Assembly: GCF_004010195.1 (NCBI RefSeq)
Contig: NC_057751.1
Location: forward strand, 6,312,598-6,348,942
Direction: 5' to 3'
DNA from: Chiloscyllium plagiosum
Lineage: Eukaryota
DNA: 36,345 nucleotides
Shown here: in pieces, positions 23,270 through 34,949 of the stretch
How the letters are laid out: every line of letters starts with the position of its first letter
Numbering within the stretch: the first letter of the stretch is position 1
Notes under the pieces: generated by a model
Database searches by the model: none
What the model saw: only the letters and a program-made list of their open reading frames with translations
Told to the model about the DNA's origin: nothing
Program-made: the position numbers and the translations under genes

Positions 23270-24196
23270 GAGGGTTGGGGAGGGGGTGCTGGGGGGGGAG
23301 GTGTGGGCAGAGATGACATGGTGATGGAGAATGCAGCAAGTCAAGCTAAAAGGAAGGGAAGGAATGGGAGTTGGTTTCCAACTCGAAGGTGTTGAACTCA
23401 ATATGAAGCCCAGAAGGCTGTAAAGTGTCCAGTCTGAAGATGAGATGTTGTTCCTCCAGTTTGCACTGAGATTCACTGGAGCACTGTAGTATGCCGAGGA
23501 CACACGAGCAGGACACTGTGTTAAAATGATCAGCAATGGGAAGGTCGGGGTCGTGCTTGCACACAGACCGGAGGTGTTATGCGAAGTGGTCACCCAGTCT
23601 GCATTTGGTTTCTCCCATGTAGAATAGGCCACATTGGATGCAGCGAATATAACACACAAGATTGGAGGAGGTTTAGGTGAAATGTTGCTTCACCTGGAAA
23701 GACTATTTAAGACCTTGGATGGTGAACAGGGAGGAGGTGAAGAGGCAGTGTTGCACCTTCTGCAGTTACATGGAAGGTGCTGTGGGAAGGGGGCTGGTGG
23801 TGTTAATGGTCGATGAATAGATGAGGATGTCCTGGAGAGAACGATCCCTGCGAAATGCAGTCAGGGAGAGTGAGGGGAAAATGTGTTTGATGGTGGCAGA
23901 CTGCTGGAGTTGTCTGAAATGGTGGAGGATAATACTGGTGGGATGAAAAGTGAAGACAAGGGGTACCTGATCACACTGTTGTGAGTGATGGGAAGGGGCA
24001 AGGGCCCTCCCCCACCCCAGTGGGACTGTATGTTCTTTCAAGTCTGTCAGTTAGATATATCATTGTTCTGCCATTCTCACATTCTGATCACTTACTCTGG
24101 ACTGTCAACATCTTTTCTCCCTCAGCACTCTACACCCCACCAACCTCCCAGCTTTAGCATAAATGCTGAGCTGTCCACACCACTTCACTTCAGCTC

Positions 24197-25255
24197 TGTA
24201 GGGTTCTGGTTTGCAATCTGTAATCTGATTTTTAGGTGGTTTGAATCACCACCGGATTCCTGGTTGTAACACTGAACTTATTTAGGGAGTGTGAAATGAA
24301 GAAGGCAGTTGACAGAGCAAAAGAATCTCTTTATTTATTAAATCCAAAAAGGTAAGTACAATGCAAGAAATAAAGGCAAATGTAATAAACAGTGAAATTG
24401 AAACAATCAACTTTACAGAGGACAGTAATTAAATACACTATTAAAGCAAATACAGGTGAAACACTATTAGAACTAAACAGCATTTTTAATCACAGAAAAC
24501 CTAGCTTAGTTGGGTACTTTGGAGTCTCAAGAGTTTCAGCCCATCACTGAGGAAAATAAAGTTTCAAAGCAAATCCAGTTGCTGAGGTTCTTGCTGTCAG
24601 TTCTCTTGGCTCGTAACAACCCTGTGTCTGGAAGCTCTTGTTCAGATCGTGCTTGGTTGGCTTCCCCCATCTCGGATGTCCTTTGCTGAAATGATGCTCT
24701 TGATTTGTCTTCCTGATGCAGCCTCTCTGTCTTGCCTCTGTGGTTCTTCGCTTTGAAGCTGCTTGTTGGAGCTGGAGCCTGTGGGGAAGTTGCTTCTGCA
24801 GAAGCTTGACGTTCAAAAGGTTTCTCTCTCTCTCCTGGTGAGATCAGGCCCGGCTCCAATATCTCCTCTCAGACCTGTGTTTTCCATTGTGTTTCGGGTG
24901 TGCCCTTTGAGGTCAATTGGCTTCCTGATTGAAGTTGAATGCTCGTTATCTCTGTGAATAAATATTGTTTAAAGTCGAATGTCTGGTATCTGTACAGGTT
25001 CCAAAATGTCTGTGTTTTGAGTAGCCCAAAGTATAAAAGTTAGTTTCAGTCTCTAATGTTATGTATGGTTGATTGTTCTCTTGGAGTGGGGGTGCATATT
25101 GGAATTCCAGGTTGGACAATAGCCCAGTTAGAAATCGTTCTGGCTGTTTGTGCATTTGTTGCAGCATGACTGCAGGCTTTTCTCTAGTATTTTAGGTACT
25201 ATGTATTAGAAAAGTCTAGTATTTTAGATGATGGAGATTTTTGCTCAGTCCTACA
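24197..25255 (-). mobile_element. Solo LTR (~1059 bp; Gypsy- or ERV-type)
   Basis: TGTAGG...CCTACA terminal inverted repeat and a 4-bp TSD GCTC (24193-24196 and 25256-25259). Minus-strand AATAAA near 24331-24340. The host pLTR continues seamlessly on both sides. Confidence 0.88.
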
Positions 25256-26667
25256 GCTCTGATAAAGAGTCATCTGAAAACATTAGCTTGCTCTCCCTCC
25301 ATGGGTCCTGTCTGACCTGCTGTGATCTCCAGCATTTGTTGTCTTCAGTACAGATTCCAGCATCTACAGTAATTTGTTCCTGTTTGAATATATTTCCTGG
25401 GCACTGAGCATTCAAATGTCCTTTTATTGTCTGTTTGTTCTGTTTCCATGCAATCCATTAGCACTTTCAAAATCTATTAGGAGCAATTGTTTCTGTACAT
25501 CAGGACACACTTGGCTCAAAAGGTGACATCATTCATGTAGTTTTGAATGTTTTTCACAGATCACAGCTGTATTTAACATTACATTTCTGTTAGCATGATG
25601 CAGGTCAAAATTGTACCAATTAATTTATATGTGGAAATAATTAACATGTTGGTAGAATGGCAAGGATTTAATATTTTTCTATGCCCAAAAGGGAGAGAAG
25701 CATATTTTATTGTCATTTTGTCTCTCCTGGAGATGAAGTGAAGTGGGTCGGGGTGCGAACAGCTACAGCCTTTTTGTGTTCAAAACAGTGCATTTATGAT
25801 TTGATGCTCAAACGACCAAACACCAAGTTTGTGTCTGTTTGAAATCTTATTCAGGTGTAACATTGCCTCATCGGTGAATATGATGAGAAATAACTTAAAA
25901 TGGCCATTTCCCTCCATCCTGCACTACCCCATTACAGAACGAGCTATTTGTGTTCAAGAACATTTGGTACCAAATGATGTGAGTTTGAAAACTAGGTCTC
26001 TCCTGATAAACACAATCCTTTACAAACTTTTTTTAAAATTTGAAAATGCATAGAAATTGGATGCACTGCTCAGAGACCTTTGGAAAGTATTGACATCACT
26101 GAGAATACCCTCTGACCTGCGAGAAAAAATATCACTAACTGTGGGGAAAAATAGCATTATCATTGTAAAAATAAAAATGACTACATGTGTTGAAATAATG
26201 TGTTTCGCTTTCAGAATATAGCAATCAAATGCCAGAAGGACAGAATTATGGTGGAACTGGAGTACCTGCAGAATCCTGCAGTAACTGGCCTTTTTAGGGG
26301 GTTAGAGGGAGTGATTGAAGAGCTGTATAAATGAGCAATTGCGGAATTTTTTTTTGAATATTGGAAGCAGACCAGATGATCAAGGACATTTTCAGAAAGT
26401 AATGTTTGAGTTAAAATAAACCTTCGTTTTTGTTTCTGCGAAAAGATGGAGTGTGACATTATAGGTGCAAGTTCACTTTTTCCATTTAGACAATGTGTTG
26501 TTGTTGCATGTAATTCTGTGTGCTGGTGTGCATCCAGTGCCGACGTACCAGTGTGATGTCATGTGGAAATGACAAACTATTAGAATAACCTTGCCACGCT
26601 ATTTCATGTGCTCATTCCATCAATTACCACAGTGTTCACATTTTTCAAATCTTCATCCCATACAGGT

Positions 26668-26802
26668 GGGAAAAAGCGAGGACTGCAGATGCTGGAGAGT
26701 CAGAATTGATAAAATGCAGTGGTGGAAAAAGCACAACAGGTCAGGCAGTGTCCAAGGAGCAAGAGAGTCGATGTTTCGTGCATAAATCCTCCTTCAGGAC
26801 TC
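26668..26802 (-). mobile_element. Short Penelope pLTR with degenerate hammerhead
   Basis: Minus strand gagtc-CTGAAGG-a-ggat-ttat-gcac-GAAAC-ATC-gactc at 26765-26802. The remainder aligns with 4889-4986. Confidence 0.8.
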
Positions 26803-27469
26803 AACAGGTATACAGTGTCTTTCTTTTTGTGAATGTGACACACCATCTGAGGTTGTCATGAAGGACTCTCCTTCTCAATCTCTCCTCTTACCTGAGACCT
26901 AGTGATCTTCAAGTTAAAGCACTAACAATCATCTCTCTCTAATGAGCCTCATCTACATCGCTCTCTGGACGAAGAGTTCTAAAGTCTCACAGCCCTCTAA
27001 GAGAAAGAAAATCCACCTGATCTCCATCTGATTTGTAGATTGTGATCCCTCGTTTGAATGCCTTCCATCCTGCCATGTTCTCTCAAAATAACACACCTCC
27101 ATAATATCACCTCTCTTTGTCCTCAACTGTAACAGACACAGACTGTTAATCTTTCTTCACAGAATCATGTCCCTATTTCACATGCATTAGTCAGGTGATC
27201 CTTCTCTGAACTGCTGCTGTTGCATTCAAATATTTCTTAAATAAGGAGATGTGAAGAATAACTTGTGATAATTTGAAGGATAATATAATTCTATAAACCT
27301 GCTATTTTTATTTGTTAGTTGTTACATTGTCAACATTTCTCTGCTTCAGTGGTCAAATTTATGCACGCATAATTTGACATTTGTTGTCATTTACATGTCA
27401 GTATATTGTAAATTTGCTTGAGGTCGGAGGCATGATTAAGGAGCTTGCAGAGAAAATGAAGATTCATCT

Positions 27470-28120
27470 TTGATATTAATGAAGAAATCTATAGGGTGGT
27501 GAGGTGGATTGAAAAGTGGCAGATGGATCTCTATCTGAAGAAGTGTGAGTTAACATTTTTGGGGTGGACCAACAACAAATGGGATTCTGAAAACTGTGAA
27601 GGTTCGAAAGAAACTTGGACTCTATGGATCCCTAAAGGGAGCATGTCAGGTCAATAAGATTATCCAAAGCACCTGAGATGCTTCCCTTGTTTTGCTGTTG
27701 CCCAGAGTATACAAAATGAAAAGCTATGCTGGAACAAAGGAATATATTCATCAGACCATGGCCAGAGGACTGTTGCTGTCTTGTCACTGCTTTACAGAAA
27801 GGATGTGATCACAGTTGAGAGAGTATAAAGAGATTTACAAGGATGTTGCCAAGTAAAGAGAACTTTCTGCAAGGGGAAAAGATTGGATGCATTGGGTTTA
27901 AAATCTTTGGAACAGAGAAGGCTGAGGGAAGATTTAATTGAAGTGCACAAAATCCTCAGAACAGAAATTAAGTGAATTGGGTGGCATTTACATGATCAGA
28001 GAGATCAATAACCAAGGCAAATATATTTTGAGGGGTGTTAAGGGTAGTTTTATTTTACCCAGAGGGTAGTCTTCATTTCTGAAGGGGAAGAGAGGTAGAA
28101 ATGCTCAACACTTTCAAGAA
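27470..28120 (+). mobile_element. Old CR1 ORF2 remnant
   Basis: Eroded motifs such as aagtggcagatgga, gagagagtataaagagatttacaaggatgttgcc and agaaggctgagggaagatttaattgaagtg. Confidence 0.75.
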
Positions 28121-28121
28121 A

Positions 28122-28613
28122 CTGAAAGGGTTCAGAAAAGATTTAAAAGGATGCTGCCAGGGTTGGAGGGTTTTAGCCAAAGGGAGAGGCTGGATAGGCT
28201 CTGGCTGTTTTCCCTGGAGCATCAGAGGCTGAGGGGTGACCTTATAGAGGTTTGTAAAATCATGAGGGGAATGGATAGGTTAAATAGACAAGGTCTTTTC
28301 CTGGGGTGGGGGAGTCCAGAACTGGAGGGCATAGGTTTAAGGTAAGAGCGGAAAGATTTAAAAGGGACCTAAGGGGCAACCTTTTCACTCAGAGGATGGT
28401 ACATGTATGGAATGAGCTATCAGAGGAAGTGGTGCAGGCTTGTACAATAACAACATTAAAAGGGCATCTGGTTGGATATATAAATAGGAAGGGTTTAGAG
28501 GGATATGGGCCAATTGCTGGCAAATGGGACCAGATTAGTTTAGGATATCTGGTCGGCATGGATGAGTTGGACTGAAGGGTCTATTTCCCATGCTGTACAT
28601 TTCTATGACTCTA
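28122..28613 (+). mobile_element. CR1 LINE 3' end (younger)
   Basis: Encodes MLPGLEG...LFSLEHQRLRGDLIEV and TGGHRFKV...FTQRMVHVWNEL, with a TCTATGACTCTA tail. Confidence 0.93.
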
Positions 28614-28961
28614 AGTGATGTGACCCACAAAGACCAAGAGCTGCAAGATGTGACCCAATTAGAAATCGTTTCTCATTTGCCACATATTCAATGGTACAAA
28701 TGGCCTGCTTCTGGACCAAGACCTTTCCTGGCCCTTCCACAAGGAAACTGTGCTCCTCCAGAACAGGCTATAATACAATTAATCCATTTGGTCTTCCAGA
28801 ACAGTTCCCATGAAGATCAGTACATTTCCTACTTATACCATATCCTTCCTGCACAATCTTGAGACATTGTCAGCAGTTGGTTTTGCAACGTAGTGTCTTG
28901 TTAAGGCACTTGCCAGTCATTACTAGTTAATGCAGTCATACAGAACAAGAGTTAAGGGTTC

Positions 28962-29070
28962 TTTTGGGGCAGTGGTAGCATTCCTAACTCTGAGCCAGGC
29001 GACATGGGTTCAAGTCCCACTGGCCCTGATTGTATGCCCAAACATGTCTGAACAGTTCAATTAACATAAC
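28962..29070 (+). mobile_element. Short tRNA-like SINE
   Basis: A-box-like TGGGGCAGTGG and B box GGTTCAAGTCC. Homologous to 20612-20722. Confidence 0.65.
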
Positions 29071-29524
29071 TATAAAACTGAAGTTGGATGGGGTCCTTTG
29101 TATAATGATATCTGATGACAACTAATTACAGGATAGAATTAGGCCCAGTTAATCGTGCCTTTGTTTGTACTCCATATGAGTGTTCTGTCACCTTACCTAA
29201 CATGATCAGCAGATTGTTTCATCCATTTCTGCGTCATGTAATTGTCGAAATTCCCTTTGGGTCCCTCTGTGCCATTTGCCTCAGTCTCTCTGTGGTCCTG
29301 TACTTGACAGCTACTGTGAACATTTTTAATTCCCTTGAATTCTCGATGTGTGAATGTATGTATTATATTTATGACCTTATCCATAGGTAAAAATAACCTT
29401 CTTTGAGGATATTAGTGGTTGAGTGGAACATTTGATTTGAAGTGTGTGCTTTCTTTCCCATTTTTCAGAACAGGACATTATGTTTACTGGTCACAATAAC
29501 CATGAACTAACCATGAAAAAAAAT

Positions 29525-29720
29525 GATTTGGAGATGCCGGTGTTGGACTGAGGTGTACAAAGTTAAAAGTTGTACAACACCAGGTTATAGTCCAACTAGC
29601 TTTCGGAGGGCTGCTCCTTCATCAGGTGGACAACCACCTGATGAAGGAGCAGCGCTCTGAAAGCTAGTGCGTCCAGTTAAACCTGTTGGTCTATAACCTA
29701 GTGTTGTGTGATTTTTAACT
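29525..29720. mobile_element. Palindromic mini-PLE: two inverted pLTR ends with back-to-back hammerheads
   Basis: 29561-29629 is an inverted repeat of 29634-29720 around a 4-nt spacer ACAA. The left arm has an ~18-nt deletion. Confidence 0.85.
29635..29669 (+). ncRNA. Minimal type I hammerhead ribozyme motif (AGCU stem III, CUA site)
   Basis: cac-CTGATGA-a-ggagc-agc-gctct-GAAA-GCTA-gtg. Confidence 0.8.
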
Positions 29721-30799
29721 CTGAAAGAAAATAGTGTTTTGTCACTGGCACACAACACTGAAATGAAACAGAACAGATTAACCTTTTGGAGTCCCAAAAG
29801 TCTTTCGCAGCTTGCAAATTTAATAACTTGCAAAAAATGTTGTTCCTTTAATTACATCATAACTGAAAATTAGGAGATCTAATTGGCAATACTGTTGAAA
29901 ATGTACTTGTGAAGCTGATTGGTATCACAAGTGTATGAAATATGTACCAAATACTGATTGATTAATGCCGTTTAAGTGATGCATGAACTAATGTGTTTGT
30001 CGTGTGTTACCATATGTGTGGAGAACAGTAACTTCTTCTTCTCTCCATTTCCAGTTTGTCATAAGCTATTTCAAATAATTTATCCTTGGGTATCGAAAGA
30101 TAATTACCTACACCACATGGATTCATACATTATCGTTCCCTGACTCATTCTCAGAACAATAGCCTCTCAGGGTGAAATGATCAAACATAATGAGACAGAG
30201 TGCAAGCTTATCGATTATCTTAGAATAACCTGCGACATATTTAAGTTGTGTTTCGTTTTTGTCAGCTTGTTATGTGACATTATTGATGCATGAAAGTGCA
30301 CTGCATGATTTTTTAAGATGGAAATGCAATTAGACTAACTGAGCCCTGCTTTGTGGAGTCGTGAGTGTAGAAATGTTTCCTGGTATACAAACACAAATAC
30401 CCAATGAAAGAAATGTGAAAAAATATGTAAGGAGCAAACAAAGGCAAATGTTTGCAACCAACTTAAACAGTAAAGGTGCCTGTTTCTGCTTCCTCTCCCA
30501 TATCATGACCATTTAAGGTCAGTTCTGTGTTTTTAAATGGAATATTTTATTGTTATTCTTAATAATTGAGTGAAATCAGCAGGCAAACAGGTCCTTGTTG
30601 ATCATTGGAAAAGGGCACCATATATCTGTTCAACACATGATATTCAGTTCCACAGACTTCAATAGTATTAAATTGAATCAAGCTAAACCAAATTCAAAAT
30701 TTTTATAAATACAACTCAGAGTTGCTGAGGACAGTTCTGTCTAACACCCACACAGTCACGTTCACATTCACCAGTAAGGAATAAAGAGTATTAAAGAGG

Positions 30800-31417
30800 C
30801 TTGCCATCATCCAGGACAAAGCAATTCGCTTTATTGGCACCTGATTGGTGTTTGCATGTTCTCTCAATATCTGTGTCTGGTTTCCACTGGTTTCCTCCCA
30901 CAGTCCAAAGGTGTGCATGTTAGGTGGATGATCCATGGTAAAAGCAGAATTACAGGGCTGGGGTGGGTCTGGGTGGGATGCTTTTTGGAGAGTTGGTGCA
31001 GATTTCATGGGCCAAATGGCCTCTTTCTGCACAAAAGGGATTCTGTGATTCTACATCCACCGGCAATGTTCAGTAGAATCCAGTGTGTACCATCTACAAG
31101 ATGCACTGCAAACATTCACTAAGATTCTTCAGCCAGCACCTTTCAAACCCACAATCACTATTGTCTGAAAGGACAAGGGCGGCAGATTATGGGAACACCA
31201 CCCTGTGCAGGTTCCCCACTGAGCCACTCACCATCCTGACTTGGAAATACATCACTATTCCTTAAACTGTTGCTGGGTCAACATCCTGTGGTACAGGTCT
31301 GCTTCCACCAAATGAACTGCAATGGTTCCACCAACCACTTTCTCAAGGCCAACCAGGAATAGGCAATAATTGCCTGCCAACTAATGATGCCCACATCCCA
31401 GGAATGAATTTAAAAAA
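30800..31417 (+). mobile_element. CR1/L2-group LINE 3' end interrupted by a 5'-truncated HE1-like SINE (~30843-31051)
   Basis: Encodes IQDKAIRFIGT before the SINE and CTIYKMHC...LTILTWKYITIP after it, ending gcccacatcccaggaatgaatttaaaaaa. A related fragment lies at ~10741-10850. Confidence 0.75.
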
Positions 31418-31808
31418 TGTTATTTGTCTGTCTTGCTCTGTTAATACATGTTAACAACAATTGAAAAAATGTCCCAAAACATGCCGCCGGTCCATTATCA
31501 CACAAGATTGAACACTACATAAAAGGATATTACAACAGGTAACAAAAGACTGCTCAGAATGAGGTTTTAAGCAATATCTTCAAGAAGGGTAGAGTGGTAG
31601 AGAATAAGAAGGCTTGCAATGAAATTTTCGGAGTTTAGCTTGTTGGCAGTAGAAGCCATGGTTGGACAAATTTTTCACCAACATGGAAGTCAAGAATTTT
31701 GGATTACTTTAGGCTGACAGATATGTGGAATTCAAACCACAGTCAGATCAGTCACGATCCATGAAATGGAGAGCAGGCCAAAGAAGTGAATGGGCGACTC
31801 TTGCTTTT

Positions 31809-32114
31809 TAGATTAGATTAGATTACTTACAGTGTGGAAACAGGCCCTTTGGCCCAACAAGTCCACACCGACCTCTAAAGAGCAACCCACTCAGACCCAT
31901 TCCCCTACATTTACCTCTTCGCCTAACACTACGGGCAATTTACCATGGCTAATTCACCTAACCTGCACATCTTTAGACTGTGGGAGGAAACCGGAGCACC
32001 CAGAGGAAACCCACACATACACAGGGAGAATTCACACAGACAGTTGCCCGAGGCGGGAATTGAACCCGGGTCTCTGGTGCTGTGAGGCAGCAGTGCTAAC
32101 CACTGTGCCACCGT
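31809..32114 (-). mobile_element. tRNA-derived V-SINE (HE1-like)
   Basis: Reverse complement of the 10286-10580 family, with intact A/B boxes and an (AATCT)n tail. Confidence 0.92.
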
Positions 32115-33174
32115 GGTTCTGATGCTCTCATAACAGAGCTAAACTTAGAGATAGAGAAGGCTCCAGAATTGGAGTACAGACATCTCTGAATGTCCTAGGG
32201 CTGGAGGGTACTGCGGACGCAATGAGGGTTGAGTCCATGAAGGGACTTGAAAACTGTTTGAGCGATGGAACATTTTTTTTAATGAGTTGGAGAGAGACAG
32301 CTTGTACATTTTTGGACCAGAGGCAGTGTTTGATAATATTTTCTGACAAGTTGTATGCAAAATTGAAATGAAATGGCATGCAGGGATAGTGGCAGCAATT
32401 TACAAATGGGGCTTTGGCTTGTCTTTCAGTCGTACTGTCAGCAGAAAGTCTGGCTTAGATTTGATGGCACTCAGCTCTGTCACTGCCTGCCTTGGGCTAA
32501 ATGCCACTAATTCCATTACAGAAGAGCAAGACAGCACTGCCAAGCAATGTGATGATGATATGAAATGCCTTTTCAAAAAGATACAAAAGCATTAGAAAAC
32601 TTTGCAAGTCCCTTAGGGTCCAACAATGCATTCAGCCAGTTATCGTTTTTGCTTTTTATCCACTACATGGATAACTCGACAGTAATCATGAGAAGAAAAG
32701 GATTGATTTTACAGCAAGGTAATTGTCTGTCACAAAATCAGACTGAGATTAAAGAAAAGGAACATTAGAATGAAGTGAGAGCTGTGAATAGTTTAAATTG
32801 CAATAATTGTTTAAACTCATGAGGAGCAAGTTCCAAGTTTTATCGATATTCAGTGTTGAGTCAGCTGGGATAATAGTAGAAGGTCAACGGTCGGTATAAA
32901 TGTCCCAGGGCTGCAGTAGGAAGTTCTGAACTTTCCTTGTAGAATTGTATCTGGAAGGCTCACTGGGTGGCTGGGGTGAGAGTGTTCAGCTCCATTGGAT
33001 TGATATTTATTGTGTGAGTCAGCTTTGTAGCAACAACATTGGGTTTGATCCCCATTCTGGCTAACGGGGCCTGCCTCCTCTCTGACCGATGGTAAAATCA
33101 TAGCAGAAGGCATGGTTGAGCAAGCCGTGATTAATCAAGGATGTGACCTAAGAAAAGACGATATGTAGAAAGAG

Positions 33175-33553
33175 ACAACTTGAATTTCTGTTATACCTTT
33201 CATGACTGTCCAAAAGCTCTTTATAGCCAATTCAGTACTTTTACACCATAGTCACTGTTGTAATGTGGCAGCCAATTTGCACCATGAGCTCCCACAAATA
33301 GCAGTTAGTATTGACAAGTTAATGGATAAATATTGGCCCCAGGATAGCACAGCTTGGCCCTCTGCATCAAAGCATGCTGAAGAATTTTTACACTCATTTC
33401 TGAGTACAGATCGAGCCACAGTTTCTCATCTGAATGATGGCATCTTAACCACAATAGTAGCACGTTGCAGTGTCAACCTCATTTATGTATTCAAGTGTTT
33501 GGAGTGTCTCTTCGACCCATCTTCTTCCAATACAGAAGCTACCTACTGAGCTA
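33175..33553 (-). mobile_element. DeuSINE (SacSINE1-like), near full length
   Basis: The minus strand has a tagctcagtagg head, gatgccatcattcagatgaga, ggccaatatttatcc and tttgtgggagctc...gcaaattggctgcc. Confidence 0.65.
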
Positions 33554-34949
33554 TGGTTTATACTTGCTGGAGTTTTGCATACACCAGAAATAACAGAGAA
33601 GGGAGAGTAAATCCCACCCATGAGAAGTTTGAATACTGAAGACTGGAGGTGTCATAGACATAAGAACTTATGGAACTGATGTCGGCAATGAAGATGATAA
33701 TGATTTCTAAAAAACCAATGTGAGGTTGAACAAAATGCTGGATTGTGAGTCGTCATGGTCAGTCTGAATCAAAATATGAAGGTGAAGCCCATGGTGTACA
33801 GATTAAAGTCACAATAAGTTTAGCCTTCTGTCATTGTATACCAGCTCATGGAGTACAACTGCAAAGGAGCAATTAACCTTAAATACTTGGATCTTCCTCC
33901 TCACTGTTCCTCTCACATATGAAGGTTCTGCTGAAGTTGACAGTATACTTGATATGTGCAAGGAATAAGGTTTGAGTGTCTTCAGCCAGTTCTGTTCATT
34001 TCATCAGCATGGAGCTGGTTGTGCAGCATCTGTTCCTTCTCTTCCAACCAACTGAGGCTGGTGAATCTGACCCAAGTTGCTCAGATGGTACAACAAAAGG
34101 AGATTTAAGTCAGTAAAGGAGAAAAAGATAGTTGTGCCAATGGAAATACAATAAAAAAGGAAGGAATGGAAACAGTGTTGGATATATTAACAGAAATATA
34201 TGGAACAGGACTCAGCACAAGACTGCTATGAAAATGCTGCCAACCTTCATTGTAAGAGATTTTTGCACAAGCCATGTGAAAGTCAAAGTTCTGAGTATGC
34301 CTATTAACAAGCAATTAACAACCTAAATTGCTGTTAAAGTTATAATTTGCATTTTAGTTAATTAATCACACGTTGAGCTCAGTAATTATAGAAGTGAAAT
34401 TTCAGGACTGGTGTTCAAAATGGAAGAAATCTGTACAACCTTGAACTTTTGAACTTCCACTACACCATTGCAGATTTTGCAGTTTTACTCACCGTTCAAA
34501 TAGGGAGAAACATAAATTTCTTCCTGCCAATTTTTTCCCCTACTCCCTTCAAAGCGTTTAGGAAAAGCTTCAGGGTATCTAACTAATAACATAATTTGTG
34601 GCAGTCAATCTTAACTAGTTACATTGCAGTTTGTAGAATTAGGTGTAGAAAGCTTCAGAGTGAAATTAATCACCTGTACTTGCTTTTTCTTCTCGCCAAC
34701 AATTAAACTTAACCATTTATTTATCTTTGTCTTAGTACTGCTGCTTATTAACAGGTTTACTTTACATCACCGCTTCTTACTTTCGCCTAATCAATTAAAA
34801 ATGTCATACACCTTCTGTACCTGCTGTTTCATTGTCAAAAACATAATGCCCAAGTTTGCAAATGACACCAAATTGAGAAGGATACTCAAGTTTTCGTGGA
34901 AGGAAATAAAACACAAAATAAATTACAGGAGAACATTAATAAATTACGC

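Larger units (their letters stand above)
22939..25381 (-). mobile_element. Decayed Penelope-like element with inverted pLTR and two nested insertions
   Basis: Minus-strand remnants VPLVFTFHP...AFRRDRSLQD and PIADHFN...KLEEQHLIFRLDTLQPSGLHIEF. 22939-23180 is an inverted repeat of 24032-24196 plus 25260-25347. Confidence 0.88.

Noticed and set aside
26215..26333. Acceptor-like TTTCAG followed by NIAIKCQKDRIMVELEYLQNPAVTGLFRGLEGVIEELYK-stop
   Set aside because: No recognisable homology and no partner exons; needs RNA-seq or tBLASTn.
28617..28661. 11-bp direct repeat GATGTGACCCA
   Set aside because: Only two copies with no array structure; likely a small local duplication, not CRISPR-like.
29193..29313. 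Minus-strand candidate exon ending in AG|GTAAG
   Set aside because: Weak polypyrimidine tract and an unrecognisable peptide.
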